Origin: Candidatus Thorarchaeota archaeon
Lineage (GTDB): Archaea; Asgardarchaeota; Thorarchaeia; Thorarchaeales; Thorarchaeaceae
DNA: 50,902 bases
Assembly: GCA_019057475.1 (NCBI GenBank)
Contig: DXJO01000056.1
Location: 1 to 50,902 of the forward strand
Direction of reading: 5' to 3'
Part shown: positions 8,014 to 18,084 of the stretch, in pieces
Numbering within the stretch: position 1 is the stretch's first letter
Layout of the letters: each line of letters opens with the position of its first letter
The notes under the pieces: generated by a model
The model's input: the letters and a program-made list of their open reading frames with translations, nothing else
Databases searched by the model: none
What the model was told of the DNA's origin: nothing
Made by a program: the position numbers and the translations under genes

Positions 8014-9921
8014 CTACAGCTCAAATCCTGAAGCAAACTGAAAGGCTCGATGAACAGTTTCAAGAAGACTCATCTTTCGCTCTACAGAGCCAACAAGCTC
8101 AAGTTCAATGCCTTTCGCTCGGAGCTTATCCACCAATCGTAGTCGGGGGTAAGGCTCCGTGGCTAGCACGACTGTATCTGCGGAGAAGAGCTGCTTCTGG
8201 AAATTCTCAGTAAGAACCACGTATTCGCGTGTGATTTGCTTCACCTCCACGTTCTTGTGCAGCTCCACACCCCGCTCATGAAGGTCCTTCATAATGACCC
8301 AACGCGAGGTCCGACCAAGGTCCTTCCCTAGAGATCTACCCTTCTCGAATATGTGCACAGACTCAGCATTTGATGAAAGACGCAGAGCTGTGTAGCATCC
8401 AAGCGCGCCGCCTCCTACTATTGCCACGGTTCCAAGGTCTTGAGGCAGGAGCTCAATCGCATCAACTGCAGACATCACATGCGGCATCTCAACCCCATCA
8501 AGCGCGGGGCTTCCGGAAACCGTTCCGGTTGTACAAATAACGAAATCAAATTTCGTATCATTTAACATACTGGCTTCCACTCTTGTGCTTAGCCTTAGAT
8601 CCACTCCTAGCCTGCGCATCTCTCTCCACATGTGAGTGGTGTAGGAGGCGAATTCCCCTCGACCAGGAATCTTAGCGGCTAGCCTAAGTAGTCCGCCAGG
8701 TGCGGCATGTTCCTCGAACAGAGTAACATTAAAGCCTCGTAAACGGAGCACTCTTGAAGTTTCGAGACCTGCAGGCCCTGCACCAATCACCGCAATCGTT
8801 CCAGAGCCCTGAGACCCAATGTTTCTTTTGAGCTCGAAACCAGCGATTGGATTGATTGCACAAATCACAGGTTGCAACGTGAAAACTTGATCAAGGCAGG
8901 CGTTGCATCCTATGCACGTCCGAATGTCTCTAGAACGACCTGCACGTATCTTCTGAGGCAGCTCCGGGTCCGCGATGAATCCCCGGGACATACCGATAAG
9001 TTGCACTTTTCCTCTTTCCAGTATTCTCTCAGCTATAGTTGGGCTGTTTATTCGATTGCATGCGATGACTGGTACATCAACAGATTTTGCAATTCCCTCT
9101 GCAAGATATGCGAAGTGGCCGCGGGGTACATTCATTGTTATCTGGGGAACACGAGTTTCGTGCCACCCTCCAGTCACATTGAAGCAGTCAACCCCTGCAT
9201 CTTCGAGCCATTGAACTACTTTCTTGTTGTCCTCCATGGTGTTGCCGCCTTCCACGAAGTCCTCGCCGCTGATTCTATACATCACGGGATAATTAGGTCT
9301 GACAGCGGCCCTCACACTCTCGACGACCTCAAGGGCAAATCTTGCTCTAGTTTTCAGGTTTCCGCCATATCCATCAGTTCTCTTGTTCGTACACGCCGCA
9401 AGGAACTGATTGATGATGTATCCTGCAGAGCCAATGAGCTCTACAGCGTCGAAACCGGCTTTCTTTGCCCTACGAGCTGCCTTTCCGAAGTTCTCTACAG
9501 TTTCATGAATCTCATCCTCTGCCAGAGCACGGGGGGTTTCTCGAGTGAGCCTACACGCGACCTCGGATGCAGATACTGCTTGTTCCCCAATCATGATTGA
9601 GTGCACATATCGACCTGCGTGATAGAGCTGAGCGGCCACCGGCACCTTGTATTGATGTATCTGTGAAGCAAGTCTGGAGAGCCCTTCAATGTGCTCATCC
9701 TTGCTGACTCCTAGCATTGTGGGGCTGCTCATGCCTAAATGCTCGGTGTAACAGCCGCCGACGATTATCAGACCCGGCCTATGCTCAGCCCTAGCCCGGT
9801 AGAACTCAACTAGCTGGTCTGACACAACGCCGTCTTGGCAGTAACCCAGATGAGTCGCGAGGAATACGAGTCGGTTCTCAAGGGTGAGGTTTCCTATAGC
9901 AGCAGGTTCAAGGAGGAGCAT
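8014..9921 (-). CDS. NADH:flavin oxidoreductase, 2,4-dienoyl-CoA reductase (FadH-like)
   Basis: Old-yellow-enzyme barrel (AQLYHAGR, AGFDAVE, NKRTDGYGG), Fe-S motif CIGCNACLD...C, and FAD and NADP motifs GAGPAG and GGGALG. Start placed at MLLLEP. Confidence 0.9.
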   Translation of the reverse strand: MLLLEPAAIGNLTLENRLVFLATHLGYCQDGVVSDQLVEFYRARAEHRPGLIIVGGCYTEHLGMSSPTMLGVSKDEHIEGLSRLASQIHQYKVPVAAQLYHAGRYVHSIMIGEQAVSASEVACRLTRETPRALAEDEIHETVENFGKAARRAKKAGFDAVELIGSAGYIINQFLAACTNKRTDGYGGNLKTRARFALEVVESVRAAVRPNYPVMYRISGEDFVEGGNTMEDNKKVVQWLEDAGVDCFNVTGGWHETRVPQITMNVPRGHFAYLAEGIAKSVDVPVIACNRINSPTIAERILERGKVQLIGMSRGFIADPELPQKIRAGRSRDIRTCIGCNACLDQVFTLQPVICAINPIAGFELKRNIGSQGSGTIAVIGAGPAGLETSRVLRLRGFNVTLFEEHAAPGGLLRLAAKIPGRGEFASYTTHMWREMRRLGVDLRLSTRVEASMLNDTKFDFVICTTGTVSGSPALDGVEMPHVMSAVDAIELLPQDLGTVAIVGGGALGCYTALRLSSNAESVHIFEKGRSLGKDLGRTSRWVIMKDLHERGVELHKNVEVKQITREYVVLTENFQKQLFSADTVVLATEPYPRLRLVDKLRAKGIELELVGSVERKMSLLETVHRAFQFASGFEL

Positions 9922-10774
9922 GAGAGTCACCAACCGCTTTGTAGAAATCGAACCAATGCTCGACTGTAGAATAGCTTCTTCTATCTGCACCCTCTGCGTA
10001 GTGATCGGGCAGTAGGTCCTTCTCAAGAAATTCTTCAGGAGTCAAACCTTCTACGAGAGCGTGCTTGATACGTTCCTTCAATGCTGAAAGGAAATCCAGA
10101 TGCCGAGCAATCTCATCTTGCCCGCACACTGGTCCATGCCCCGGGATAATTTGTTCGTATTCAGCGGCCTCGACGCGCTCAAGACCCATGATCCATCGGT
10201 CCGGGTCGCACGTAGGGTCTCCAGCATATGGAAATGAACCATTGAATATCAAGTCCCCCACAAAAACGATGTGCTCTGGTTCAATGACCACAATGGAAGA
10301 ACCAATAGTATGGCCGCCTACAAGTTGTACAGTCATCTCCTTCTCCCGACCAAGGAGCAGCCTGTTGTCGAAAACAATGTCTGGTATCCGAATTTCAAGA
10401 TCATCCAGTGAAGTCCAGAGCTCCGGTCGCTCGTCCTTTACCGGTTTCACATATTCCCTTATCGCGTCTATCTTCCACTGTCCAGAGAGATTCGACTCGC
10501 AAACCTTCCGCATGTCCACGCTGCCGATGATGCTCGTCGGGTCGAATGCTTGTGCGCCGAATACATGGTCAGAATGCGAATGCGTGATGACAAGCTTCAG
10601 AATCGGAAGGGCAAATGTTTCGTCAACATACTGACGCACCTTGCGAGAAAGATTGTGAACCATTCCGGAATCTACCATAACAATTTCGTCATCAAGGATA
10701 ACTGCACCCAAGTTGCCGCCGTTTTTGCCATCAGTGTCTGCGTAGATTCTATCGCTGACCTTCTGCAAAGCCAT
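9908..10774 (-). CDS. MBL-fold metallo-hydrolase (glyoxalase II/cyclase-like)
   Basis: THSHSDH, GGHT, GDL and IPGHG motifs. Confidence 0.9.
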   Translation of the reverse strand: MALQKVSDRIYADTDGKNGGNLGAVILDDEIVMVDSGMVHNLSRKVRQYVDETFALPILKLVITHSHSDHVFGAQAFDPTSIIGSVDMRKVCESNLSGQWKIDAIREYVKPVKDERPELWTSLDDLEIRIPDIVFDNRLLLGREKEMTVQLVGGHTIGSSIVVIEPEHIVFVGDLIFNGSFPYAGDPTCDPDRWIMGLERVEAAEYEQIIPGHGPVCGQDEIARHLDFLSALKERIKHALVEGLTPEEFLEKDLLPDHYAEGADRRSYSTVEHWFDFYKAVGDSHAPP

Positions 10775-10814
10775 GTCAGCGTTCTCGTTCCATCTGTCTG
10801 ATATAGTTGGCTAT

Positions 10815-11315
10815 TCACTTGTCAGTTGTGAACCGGGAATCGGCGATTTTATTCTCTTTCTCCGAATCTGAAAGATGACGTTCCAGCCACCCCACTCTTG
10901 CATTGGAAATCTCGTCGAATCCGGGAACATAGGGTTTGATGTCCAAGAGGGGAGTTCCATCCAACATGTCAGCACCCCTGAACACAATCTTGTCCCTCTT
11001 GATTCTAATCAGCTCAACGACTGATAGACCAATGGGGTTTGGGCGGGAAGGGGCACGAGTCGCGAACAGCCCGCGTTCCCTGTTGTCGAGGTATGGTCGG
11101 ACCATCATCTGGGGGGGCTTGACCTTGTGAAACCAATAGAGCAAGATGATATGCGAGAAGCCATCCAGGGACTCCAATCCATCCACGTATTCCTCATTCA
11201 CCAATGCCTCACCAGCCGTAACAGAGAATGCCGGCTGGATAGGTACTTGGTCACTGGTCGCGAAAGGCGTATGGATGACACCGATTGGGCTGATTCTAAA
11301 TTCCAACTTCTGCAC
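10815..11315 (-). CDS. trmO: tRNA t6A37 N6-methyltransferase TrmO (TsaA/YaeB)
   Basis: PIGVIHTPF, GLFATRAPSRPNPIGLS and DMLDGTPLLDIKPY motifs. Confidence 0.92.
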   Translation of the reverse strand: MQKLEFRISPIGVIHTPFATSDQVPIQPAFSVTAGEALVNEEYVDGLESLDGFSHIILLYWFHKVKPPQMMVRPYLDNRERGLFATRAPSRPNPIGLSVVELIRIKRDKIVFRGADMLDGTPLLDIKPYVPGFDEISNARVGWLERHLSDSEKENKIADSRFTTDK

Positions 11316-11495
11316 CGACCCGAGGATGGAAAGGAGCTGGAGTTAAGGTTTCGCTTGTCTGAGGAGGAGCTCAATACACATTTGTGGACTAGATTGCCAA
11401 CAACGCCTAGTTCATTTAGGAGGACTTCCATACTGTCTGTAGATATAGTAGGAACGGATTAGCGCACTGGTTAACTTATGTGAAAGGATGAAATC

Positions 11496-12956
11496 ATGTC
11501 CGAGCCTGACTCCGGACCAAAAAGAAAGAAGGCGATAGACGCCATATTCCTTGTTGCCATCATAGTGGTAGCTGGAATTGTAGGGTTAGCCAGCTTCACA
11601 ACGATTCCGCATTTGCCGCTGATAACAACTACAACTAATGAACCCGGCGCGACACTCGATATCCTGACTCGGTATGATGTCGTATTCCTCAACACATTTG
11701 AAACCGAGTTCCTTGGGAGCGATTACGCTCAGCAAAACCAAATCACTGACATCGTGTGGCGTACAGCATCCACTTACTTGTGGGAGGACTATCTCAGTTC
11801 AGGAGAAGTGGACCTTGTCTGGGGACCAAGTCCGGACTTTTACGACCAAATTACAACAACTGACTTGCTGGAACCGCTTAACAGCACTAGGATGCGGCAA
11901 GCACTATCGAGAGTGAACGACACCATGGGCGGCGTGCTTGTCAAGGGCTGCAACTCAGAAGGACAGGTTGTATGGTGTTCGTCGTCGATTAACTCCTTGG
12001 AGTTAGGTCTCGTCGTAAGTCACGCGTTCCTCGACGAACACGGGCTTCCAGTGCCGAATCAGCTGCCGGACCTAGCAAACCTGTCCTATGGTAGCACACT
12101 CCCAGACAATCCATCCATTGCTGTTTCAAGTTCCCTATTTTCAGAAGTGCGGATTGCGTCGTATGCCGCCCAAATGTACGGGTGGAGTCAAGCCTGGCGG
12201 GACCTAATTGGTATCGCAGGAAGTGCGAGAATCTTCAACAGCTCAAGAGACGCTTCTAACGCAGTGACATATGGCGACAGCGGTTTCGCGTTTTCATACC
12301 TGACGAACGGACTACAGCCTCAGTACGGAAGCATCTCACCAGATTTCATTCGGATAGGGATGAGACCGCTGGTTACTCCAGACATAATGGGCATTCCGAC
12401 CCACAGCACTAAAAAACAGCTGGCCGAGGAGTTCATAGAATTCATCCTTTCAGACAATGGCCAGTCACTCTTTCTTCTCCCCGCCATAGGTCGTCTGCCA
12501 CTCATTAGAGATGCATTCGACCAACCGCTGGGTTTGCAGGCACAAAGCTCCTACGAGGCGTTCAATCGAACTGTCCACGGCGAAGGTGTCTTGTTCGACC
12601 AAGATCTGTTTGAGGAAATTCACACCGCAATCAAGTTGTATTATGAGTCTGTGCTCCTCAACGCTCACAATGAGCTTGCTGTTTGCTGGGAGGCCATAGT
12701 TGCCGCGCTTCAGGATGGCCACATCAACGCTTCAGAGGCCAAATACTATACCGAGCTCATGGCAACGCCCATCACCATTAGTGACCCTCTGAATGGTTCA
12801 GCACAGGAATTCACTCTTCAATACGCCCGAGATGTAAGCGTTATTTTCCTGAGCAATTTCACCTACTACCAGCAGATTAGGGAAAGATGGATGACTGCCG
12901 CCATCGCACAATACAACGACGTATACAACCAGATCATGATGGATGTGCTTAACTAG
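11496..12956 (+). CDS. Membrane-anchored ABC-type solute-binding protein (iron/thiamine/phosphonate-like family)
   Basis: N-terminal TM with a Thr linker; SGEVDLVWG and LAEEFIEFILSDNGQ motifs. Confidence 0.75.
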   Translation: MSEPDSGPKRKKAIDAIFLVAIIVVAGIVGLASFTTIPHLPLITTTTNEPGATLDILTRYDVVFLNTFETEFLGSDYAQQNQITDIVWRTASTYLWEDYLSSGEVDLVWGPSPDFYDQITTTDLLEPLNSTRMRQALSRVNDTMGGVLVKGCNSEGQVVWCSSSINSLELGLVVSHAFLDEHGLPVPNQLPDLANLSYGSTLPDNPSIAVSSSLFSEVRIASYAAQMYGWSQAWRDLIGIAGSARIFNSSRDASNAVTYGDSGFAFSYLTNGLQPQYGSISPDFIRIGMRPLVTPDIMGIPTHSTKKQLAEEFIEFILSDNGQSLFLLPAIGRLPLIRDAFDQPLGLQAQSSYEAFNRTVHGEGVLFDQDLFEEIHTAIKLYYESVLLNAHNELAVCWEAIVAALQDGHINASEAKYYTELMATPITISDPLNGSAQEFTLQYARDVSVIFLSNFTYYQQIRERWMTAAIAQYNDVYNQIMMDVLN

Positions 12957-13033
12957 ACACTCTGGACGCATGTGATAAAGGGCCTATTCGATAATGACTT
13001 CATTCTGGCAGCCAAGATTGACGAGCTGCATGG

Positions 13034-14644
13034 CTAAATAATGAACCAGAAATATGTCATAATTGCAACTACCAGCGTCATGAGGATGGCAACAACTGCG
13101 CCGTAACGGATGACCTCTCCTTCTATGCCAATCTTGTCGATAACTGCTGTTGCGTTCTGAATTTTCGCCGGACTGAGAACACTGGCGAGGCCACCCCCGA
13201 TGCCGCTGGAGGCAGCGATTATCTGGGCTTGTTGGGCATTTGCACCGATAGCTACACTGGCTTGGTAGTGATAGTCAGTGAACATGGCTATGGCGGACGT
13301 TTCGGATCCTGAAACGAAACCAGCTAGAAGGCCCAAGAAAGCAGCAGTCAATGGATATGCTTGGCCCAGACTTTCAGACGTCAAAGTTGCAAGGAGATGC
13401 ACCATGTTATTCGATGGATCAAGCGGGTACGCCCAGACTCCCCCGGAGCCAGTAAACCATCCACTGTAAATCATCACCTCAGCCATTGCGAAGAAAATAG
13501 CTGCAGCAAGTACTGGTCTTGGTGCACGCTTCGAGAATTTAACAAGCGTTTTCTTCATAATCGTTCTATCTCTCGAGAAGAATGGTATCGACACTAGTGT
13601 TGCAACCAGCATCAAAGTGTAGGCTTGCCAGAGCACTCTAGTATTGATGACCTGAGGATATGCCCCAAGCTGAATAGCGACATTCAGCTGCTCTGCGAGC
13701 AAGAACTTGATTGGTTCAACAAGGGTCGTTAAGAGGCTCAGAATAACAAGGATAACCCATGGGATGCTCGCTCGTCCCAAGCTCATATTCTTCTCGACTT
13801 CCAAATCCTTATCATTCAGCTGACTGCGGTCAATCATTGGGCGTTTCCGAATCCTAGTGTACAGGATGAGAACGAATGCAACTGCAGCTCCTGCGAACAC
13901 GTTGGTCAGCCTGGTCATGTTCACTGCTTCGAGATTGCATATTATCGCAACAAAGCCTGCCGTTAGACCAGATGTCACTGCCAGTAACAGTGCTTCACGA
14001 TCCCTGAGCATCTGTCGACCTCCCGCAATCCAAAGCATCGATATGGCGATTCCAGTTGATATGACTGGCATGAACATAGCAAAGACAGAGCCTGACTGGG
14101 CGAGAGTAATGTTGAGTCCTGACGCGTCATTGAATGCTTTCTGAAATACCTGTGCAGGCACAGCTAATAGAGCGAACGTTGTGAGTGGGTCGTAGCCAAT
14201 AGAAGGTAGTGCTACCGCGACAAGGGGAGAGAACCCCAGTGCTAGCATCACAGGGGGTAACATTGTGACTGGGGTAGCGCCGATACCAACCAAGAACAGA
14301 CCGAGACCAAGGCTGATGAACAGGATTTGCATGGGCCGGTTGCCTCCGCCAAGGGTCTTGAAGAAAACGGTGATTCTCTGGAGCGCGCCTGTTTCTTGCA
14401 TGTACGTCATCATGAGTATCGAAGTTGCAACCATCAGAGAAATCGGAAATGACTTCACCATTCCCGCAAGACTGGCCACTAGTGCGACTCCAACGTCCGT
14501 CTGAAACCCGAAAATGGCTATCAACAAGGTCACAAGCCAAACAATCACGCCAGTAACATCTGCTGCCTTATGTAGAAAAACCAGCAAAACGAAAGCAAGA
14601 ATTATGGGGAACACTATCAAGATTACACCGATGAGGGGATCCAT
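13034..14644 (-). CDS. L-lactate permease family transporter
   Basis: Many TMs; FVSGSETSAIAMF and SPAKIQNATA match the LctP family C-terminus. Confidence 0.82.
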   Translation of the reverse strand: MDPLIGVILIVFPIILAFVLLVFLHKAADVTGVIVWLVTLLIAIFGFQTDVGVALVASLAGMVKSFPISLMVATSILMMTYMQETGALQRITVFFKTLGGGNRPMQILFISLGLGLFLVGIGATPVTMLPPVMLALGFSPLVAVALPSIGYDPLTTFALLAVPAQVFQKAFNDASGLNITLAQSGSVFAMFMPVISTGIAISMLWIAGGRQMLRDREALLLAVTSGLTAGFVAIICNLEAVNMTRLTNVFAGAAVAFVLILYTRIRKRPMIDRSQLNDKDLEVEKNMSLGRASIPWVILVILSLLTTLVEPIKFLLAEQLNVAIQLGAYPQVINTRVLWQAYTLMLVATLVSIPFFSRDRTIMKKTLVKFSKRAPRPVLAAAIFFAMAEVMIYSGWFTGSGGVWAYPLDPSNNMVHLLATLTSESLGQAYPLTAAFLGLLAGFVSGSETSAIAMFTDYHYQASVAIGANAQQAQIIAASSGIGGGLASVLSPAKIQNATAVIDKIGIEGEVIRYGAVVAILMTLVVAIMTYFWFII

Positions 14645-14645
14645 T

Positions 14646-15644
14646 CTACTTAGCCATCCTCTCTAGATAGTTATTCTCATAATACCAATCAATGGCTCTC
14701 TTGAGACCTTCACGCATAGTGACCTGTGGCGCCCAACCGAGGAGGCTCTTGGCCTTCTTGTTGGAGTACCATCGCTCCTCATCCATGCTCTGAACCGACT
14801 GCATATGCCACAGAAATGTGGTTCGTTTCCGATTCTTGATTGGACTCAAGAGCCCAATGCCAATCTTCGCGAGAACGGTGGGGATTTTCAGCTTAGGGGG
14901 ATCCACACCAAGAACTTCTCCCAGAAAAGCAAAGTACTCATTGTACGTAAGGGGTTCATCAGGACAAAGGATGATCGTATTGTCAAGTGCTAGCTTCGAC
15001 GACAGGGCTGCCATGAAGCCACTAGCTACATCATCCACATGTGTGTACATGATGCGTTTCTTGCCATCTCCTGGAAGAACAGGCAGCTCACGTTTATTCA
15101 CTGCCTCAATGGCCTCAAACGCGGAATAGAGGTCACCCTCACCTAGTACTCCAGTTGGACGCAGAATGATGTGATGAAGATCGGTTTCCTTCGTGATTTC
15201 CCGAACTGCCTCCTCAGCCATAATCTTGCTTTTTGAGTAGTCAAACTGTGGATTGAGCTCAGTGTCCTCATCACCCGGAGGAAACCTAAGGGGCCCTATT
15301 GTTTCCGTTGTAGAGCAGTAGATGAACCTCTCAACTGATGTCCCAACACAAGCGTTCATCATATTCTTTGTCCCTTCGACGTTCACCTTGTACAGCAAGT
15401 CAACATCCTTGGGGTAAAAGTCGAAATAGGCCGCAAAATGAACTACCGCGTCACAGCCCTGCACGGCTTTCTTCAACGACTGCTTGTCAAAGAGGTCTCC
15501 TTCTATGAAGGTCACACTCTCTGGCAGCCCAGCGGTATTGCTAGTTTCTCTCACGAACGCAACGACATCAAACCCGTTCTCGACCAAATGCGCTACGAAT
15601 TTCCGACCGATGAACCCGGTTGCTCCCGTCACTAAGACTCTCAT
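14646..15644 (-). CDS. NAD-dependent epimerase/dehydratase (extended SDR)
   Basis: VLVTGATGFIG, VNVEGT and the YxxxK motif YSKSK. Confidence 0.9.
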   Translation of the reverse strand: MRVLVTGATGFIGRKFVAHLVENGFDVVAFVRETSNTAGLPESVTFIEGDLFDKQSLKKAVQGCDAVVHFAAYFDFYPKDVDLLYKVNVEGTKNMMNACVGTSVERFIYCSTTETIGPLRFPPGDEDTELNPQFDYSKSKIMAEEAVREITKETDLHHIILRPTGVLGEGDLYSAFEAIEAVNKRELPVLPGDGKKRIMYTHVDDVASGFMAALSSKLALDNTIILCPDEPLTYNEYFAFLGEVLGVDPPKLKIPTVLAKIGIGLLSPIKNRKRTTFLWHMQSVQSMDEERWYSNKKAKSLLGWAPQVTMREGLKRAIDWYYENNYLERMAK

Positions 15645-15730
15645 GCCGGCCACCTTTCACGGGCTTGTTTTGCCCCTCATTTAATTGTTCCTTATTATCG
15701 TGAGTGAGAGCCCCACTAATGAATAGGCTG

Positions 15731-16480
15731 TCAAATCAGTGAGTCCAGAGCGGGCAGGGTTTCGCCTGAAGGACCTTGAATGTAGTAGTCAACATTGCGA
15801 GTCAATCGTGATGCTTCCACGTTGAACTCGATTAGAGTTCCACCTCTTTGCTTGACCATGATCGGAAACATCGCAGCAGGTTGCACTATTCCAGAGGTCC
15901 CAATTACTAAACATACAGTGGCTTTCTCCAACTCAGCGTATACCCTTGCCATCACTTCTGAATCAAGGCTCTCTCCGAACCACACAACATTGGGACGAAG
16001 CATTGAGCCACACTCCGGGCATTCCGGTATCCCCTCAGCAGGGACACTCAGTCTGCCATGGTAGTCACATGATATGCACTTCAAAGCCCAGAGGTTTCCG
16101 TGAACCTCAAGGACATTGCTAGACCCAGCACGCCGATGAAGGCCATCAACGTTTTGAGTGATTAGTGATTTGAGGAGCCCAGACTCCTCCCACTTGGCCA
16201 GCGTCAGGTGTCCGGGGTTTGGCTCGCACTCGGCAATTAGTCCCTGCCTCCAAGTGTACCATTCCCAAACCAATTCGGGGTTATTTGCAAACGCAGACGG
16301 CGTCGCTAATTCCATGGCGTTGTAGTTTCTCCAGAGACCGTCTTCACCTCTGAAAGTTGGCACATTGGATTCCTTCGACACACCTGCACCTGTCAGTGCT
16401 ATCAGGTGCTTGGCATGTGCAACTAACTCTGCTGCTTCTCCGAGCTCCCCTTCTGACATATCGGACACAAGGATTTGCAT
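15731..16480 (-). CDS. cobB: NAD-dependent protein deacylase (sirtuin)
   Basis: TGAGVS..S.VPTFRG, TQNVDGLH, HG, two CxxC, RPNVVWFGE and GTS motifs. Start placed after a GAGGTG RBS. Confidence 0.92.
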   Translation of the reverse strand: MQILVSDMSEGELGEAAELVAHAKHLIALTGAGVSKESNVPTFRGEDGLWRNYNAMELATPSAFANNPELVWEWYTWRQGLIAECEPNPGHLTLAKWEESGLLKSLITQNVDGLHRRAGSSNVLEVHGNLWALKCISCDYHGRLSVPAEGIPECPECGSMLRPNVVWFGESLDSEVMARVYAELEKATVCLVIGTSGIVQPAAMFPIMVKQRGGTLIEFNVEASRLTRNVDYYIQGPSGETLPALDSLI

Positions 16481-16662
16481 AACATTGACACCTCTTAAGG
16501 ATGGCCCGTTTTGCTTGACAATCGCTTCTACGGTTCCAAACTGTAACATAGAGTGCTTAGCCCAAGACGAAATGCAATCTCCATCATGCTTATTAGTGAC
16601 CATTCTTCACAATAGTGAATAAGGAATTCAAGAATAACGATTGTTTTCTCGAGGTCACAGCA

Positions 16663-17103
16663 ATGTCAAGCACGAAACAAAAAAGCAAGAAACGAGGAAA
16701 GCGCAGGACATGGCTGATGCCCCAAGAAGTAGTGGTGTGGTACGTTCTCCCAGCAATCAGAAGAGAGCTAACTCGCGCTATGATAAAGAGGAATAAACCT
16801 CAGAAGCAGATTGCCAAGATGCTTGGTGTCACAGAACCAGCGATTACACAGTACAAACTGAAGAAGTCCAAGCGATCCCGAGGTGATCAGGTTAACATTC
16901 CAGATGAGATTCTTGTGGAAATCGAGAAGGCTGCTGACGTGATTATCGAAGCTTATGAACAGAATGGCGACAAGAATATCTATGAAATGATGACTCGAGA
17001 GGTAAACCATCTCATCGAAATCTTGAGAGACGCTGGGGTCATTTGCGACGTGCACCGTGAGCACTGTGAGGGTGTTCATGAGGGCTGCAAGGCTTGCGGG
17101 TAG
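16663..17103 (+). CDS. Archaeal HTH transcriptional regulator (COG2522-like)
   Basis: MPQEVVVWYVLPAIRREL, HTH QKQIAKMLGVTEPAITQY, and a C-terminal CxxH...C..C. Confidence 0.85.
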   Translation: MSSTKQKSKKRGKRRTWLMPQEVVVWYVLPAIRRELTRAMIKRNKPQKQIAKMLGVTEPAITQYKLKKSKRSRGDQVNIPDEILVEIEKAADVIIEAYEQNGDKNIYEMMTREVNHLIEILRDAGVICDVHREHCEGVHEGCKACG

Positions 17104-17230
17104 GGCAGCTGTCCTGCTGCAAATGATTTGCCTAAGACGATTGATTGAGGATTACTGCGACGTATCCTCCTCGTTTTTCCCAGAAAGGCTTTATTCACAC
17201 TAAGCTACTTCTTAGTGTTCGACTAGTTCG

Positions 17231-17974
17231 GTGAAACTCATGGATGGAGAAATTAAGGTTACGCTGAAGGGTCCCGTAGCCACCCTGACGATATCTCGGT
17301 CAGACAAACTCAACTCTGTCACACGAGAGATGCTGACTGCCTTCGACGACAAAGTCAACCAGTTGACAAACGATCCAGAGATTATGACGGTCATCTTCAC
17401 TGGCGAGGGAGAGAAAGCATTCTCAGCTGGCTTCGATTTGACGACCGTAACGAGTTTGAAGGGTGATGAACGAACGAGCTTTTTCAAACTCCTTGAGAGC
17501 ACAATCCGGTGCATCAAAGAGAATAGAAATTGCATAACTGTGGCTGCAATCAATGGCTATGCAATAGGTTTTGGGGCAATGATTGCTTCCGCTTGTGATT
17601 TTAGGTTCTTCTCTGAGAAGGCTGCATTTCGACTGCCAGAAGTGCAACTTGCGATATTTCCCGGCGCGGGAGCTACAGCCAACCTAATGGATCTTGTAGG
17701 CCCTGCGAGAACAAAGGATATCCTTGTGACTGGAAGGCTGGTTTCAGCGGAGGAGGCGCTGCAAATCGGACTCGCTAGCAGAGTAGTGCCTCATGGCGAG
17801 CTTATGTCCAAGGTTGAGGAGTTCGTGCAAGACATCATCAAAAAGGATAGGAAAATTGTCATGAGGACGGTAAATCTCATTGACATGATGACCGGTCAGG
17901 ACCATGCCGAGGCAGCAGACCTTGAAACCATGTACACAGATGAATGGCTGAGAGAACTCGAAGAGAACGATTGA
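17231..17974 (+). CDS. Enoyl-CoA hydratase/isomerase family protein
   Basis: AFSAGFDL, AAINGYAIG, ACDFR, LPEV and AEEALQIGL motifs. Confidence 0.92.
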   Translation: MKLMDGEIKVTLKGPVATLTISRSDKLNSVTREMLTAFDDKVNQLTNDPEIMTVIFTGEGEKAFSAGFDLTTVTSLKGDERTSFFKLLESTIRCIKENRNCITVAAINGYAIGFGAMIASACDFRFFSEKAAFRLPEVQLAIFPGAGATANLMDLVGPARTKDILVTGRLVSAEEALQIGLASRVVPHGELMSKVEEFVQDIIKKDRKIVMRTVNLIDMMTGQDHAEAADLETMYTDEWLRELEEND

Positions 17975-18084
17975 AGACTCAATGTGTTCATTGCTCATCT
18001 TGCCGGCTTCCAGTGCTCTGAACAGCTCTCTTTTTTAGGAATTGAGTCTCAGAAAGGACCTCTATTCAAACATAGGTGATTACA

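Noticed and set aside
9922-10026. N-terminal extension of the oxidoreductase in the ORF track (also for asnS, cobB and the C39-like gene)
   Set aside because: The extension overlaps a neighbouring gene or promoter, and downstream ATGs fit family starts and RBS positions better.
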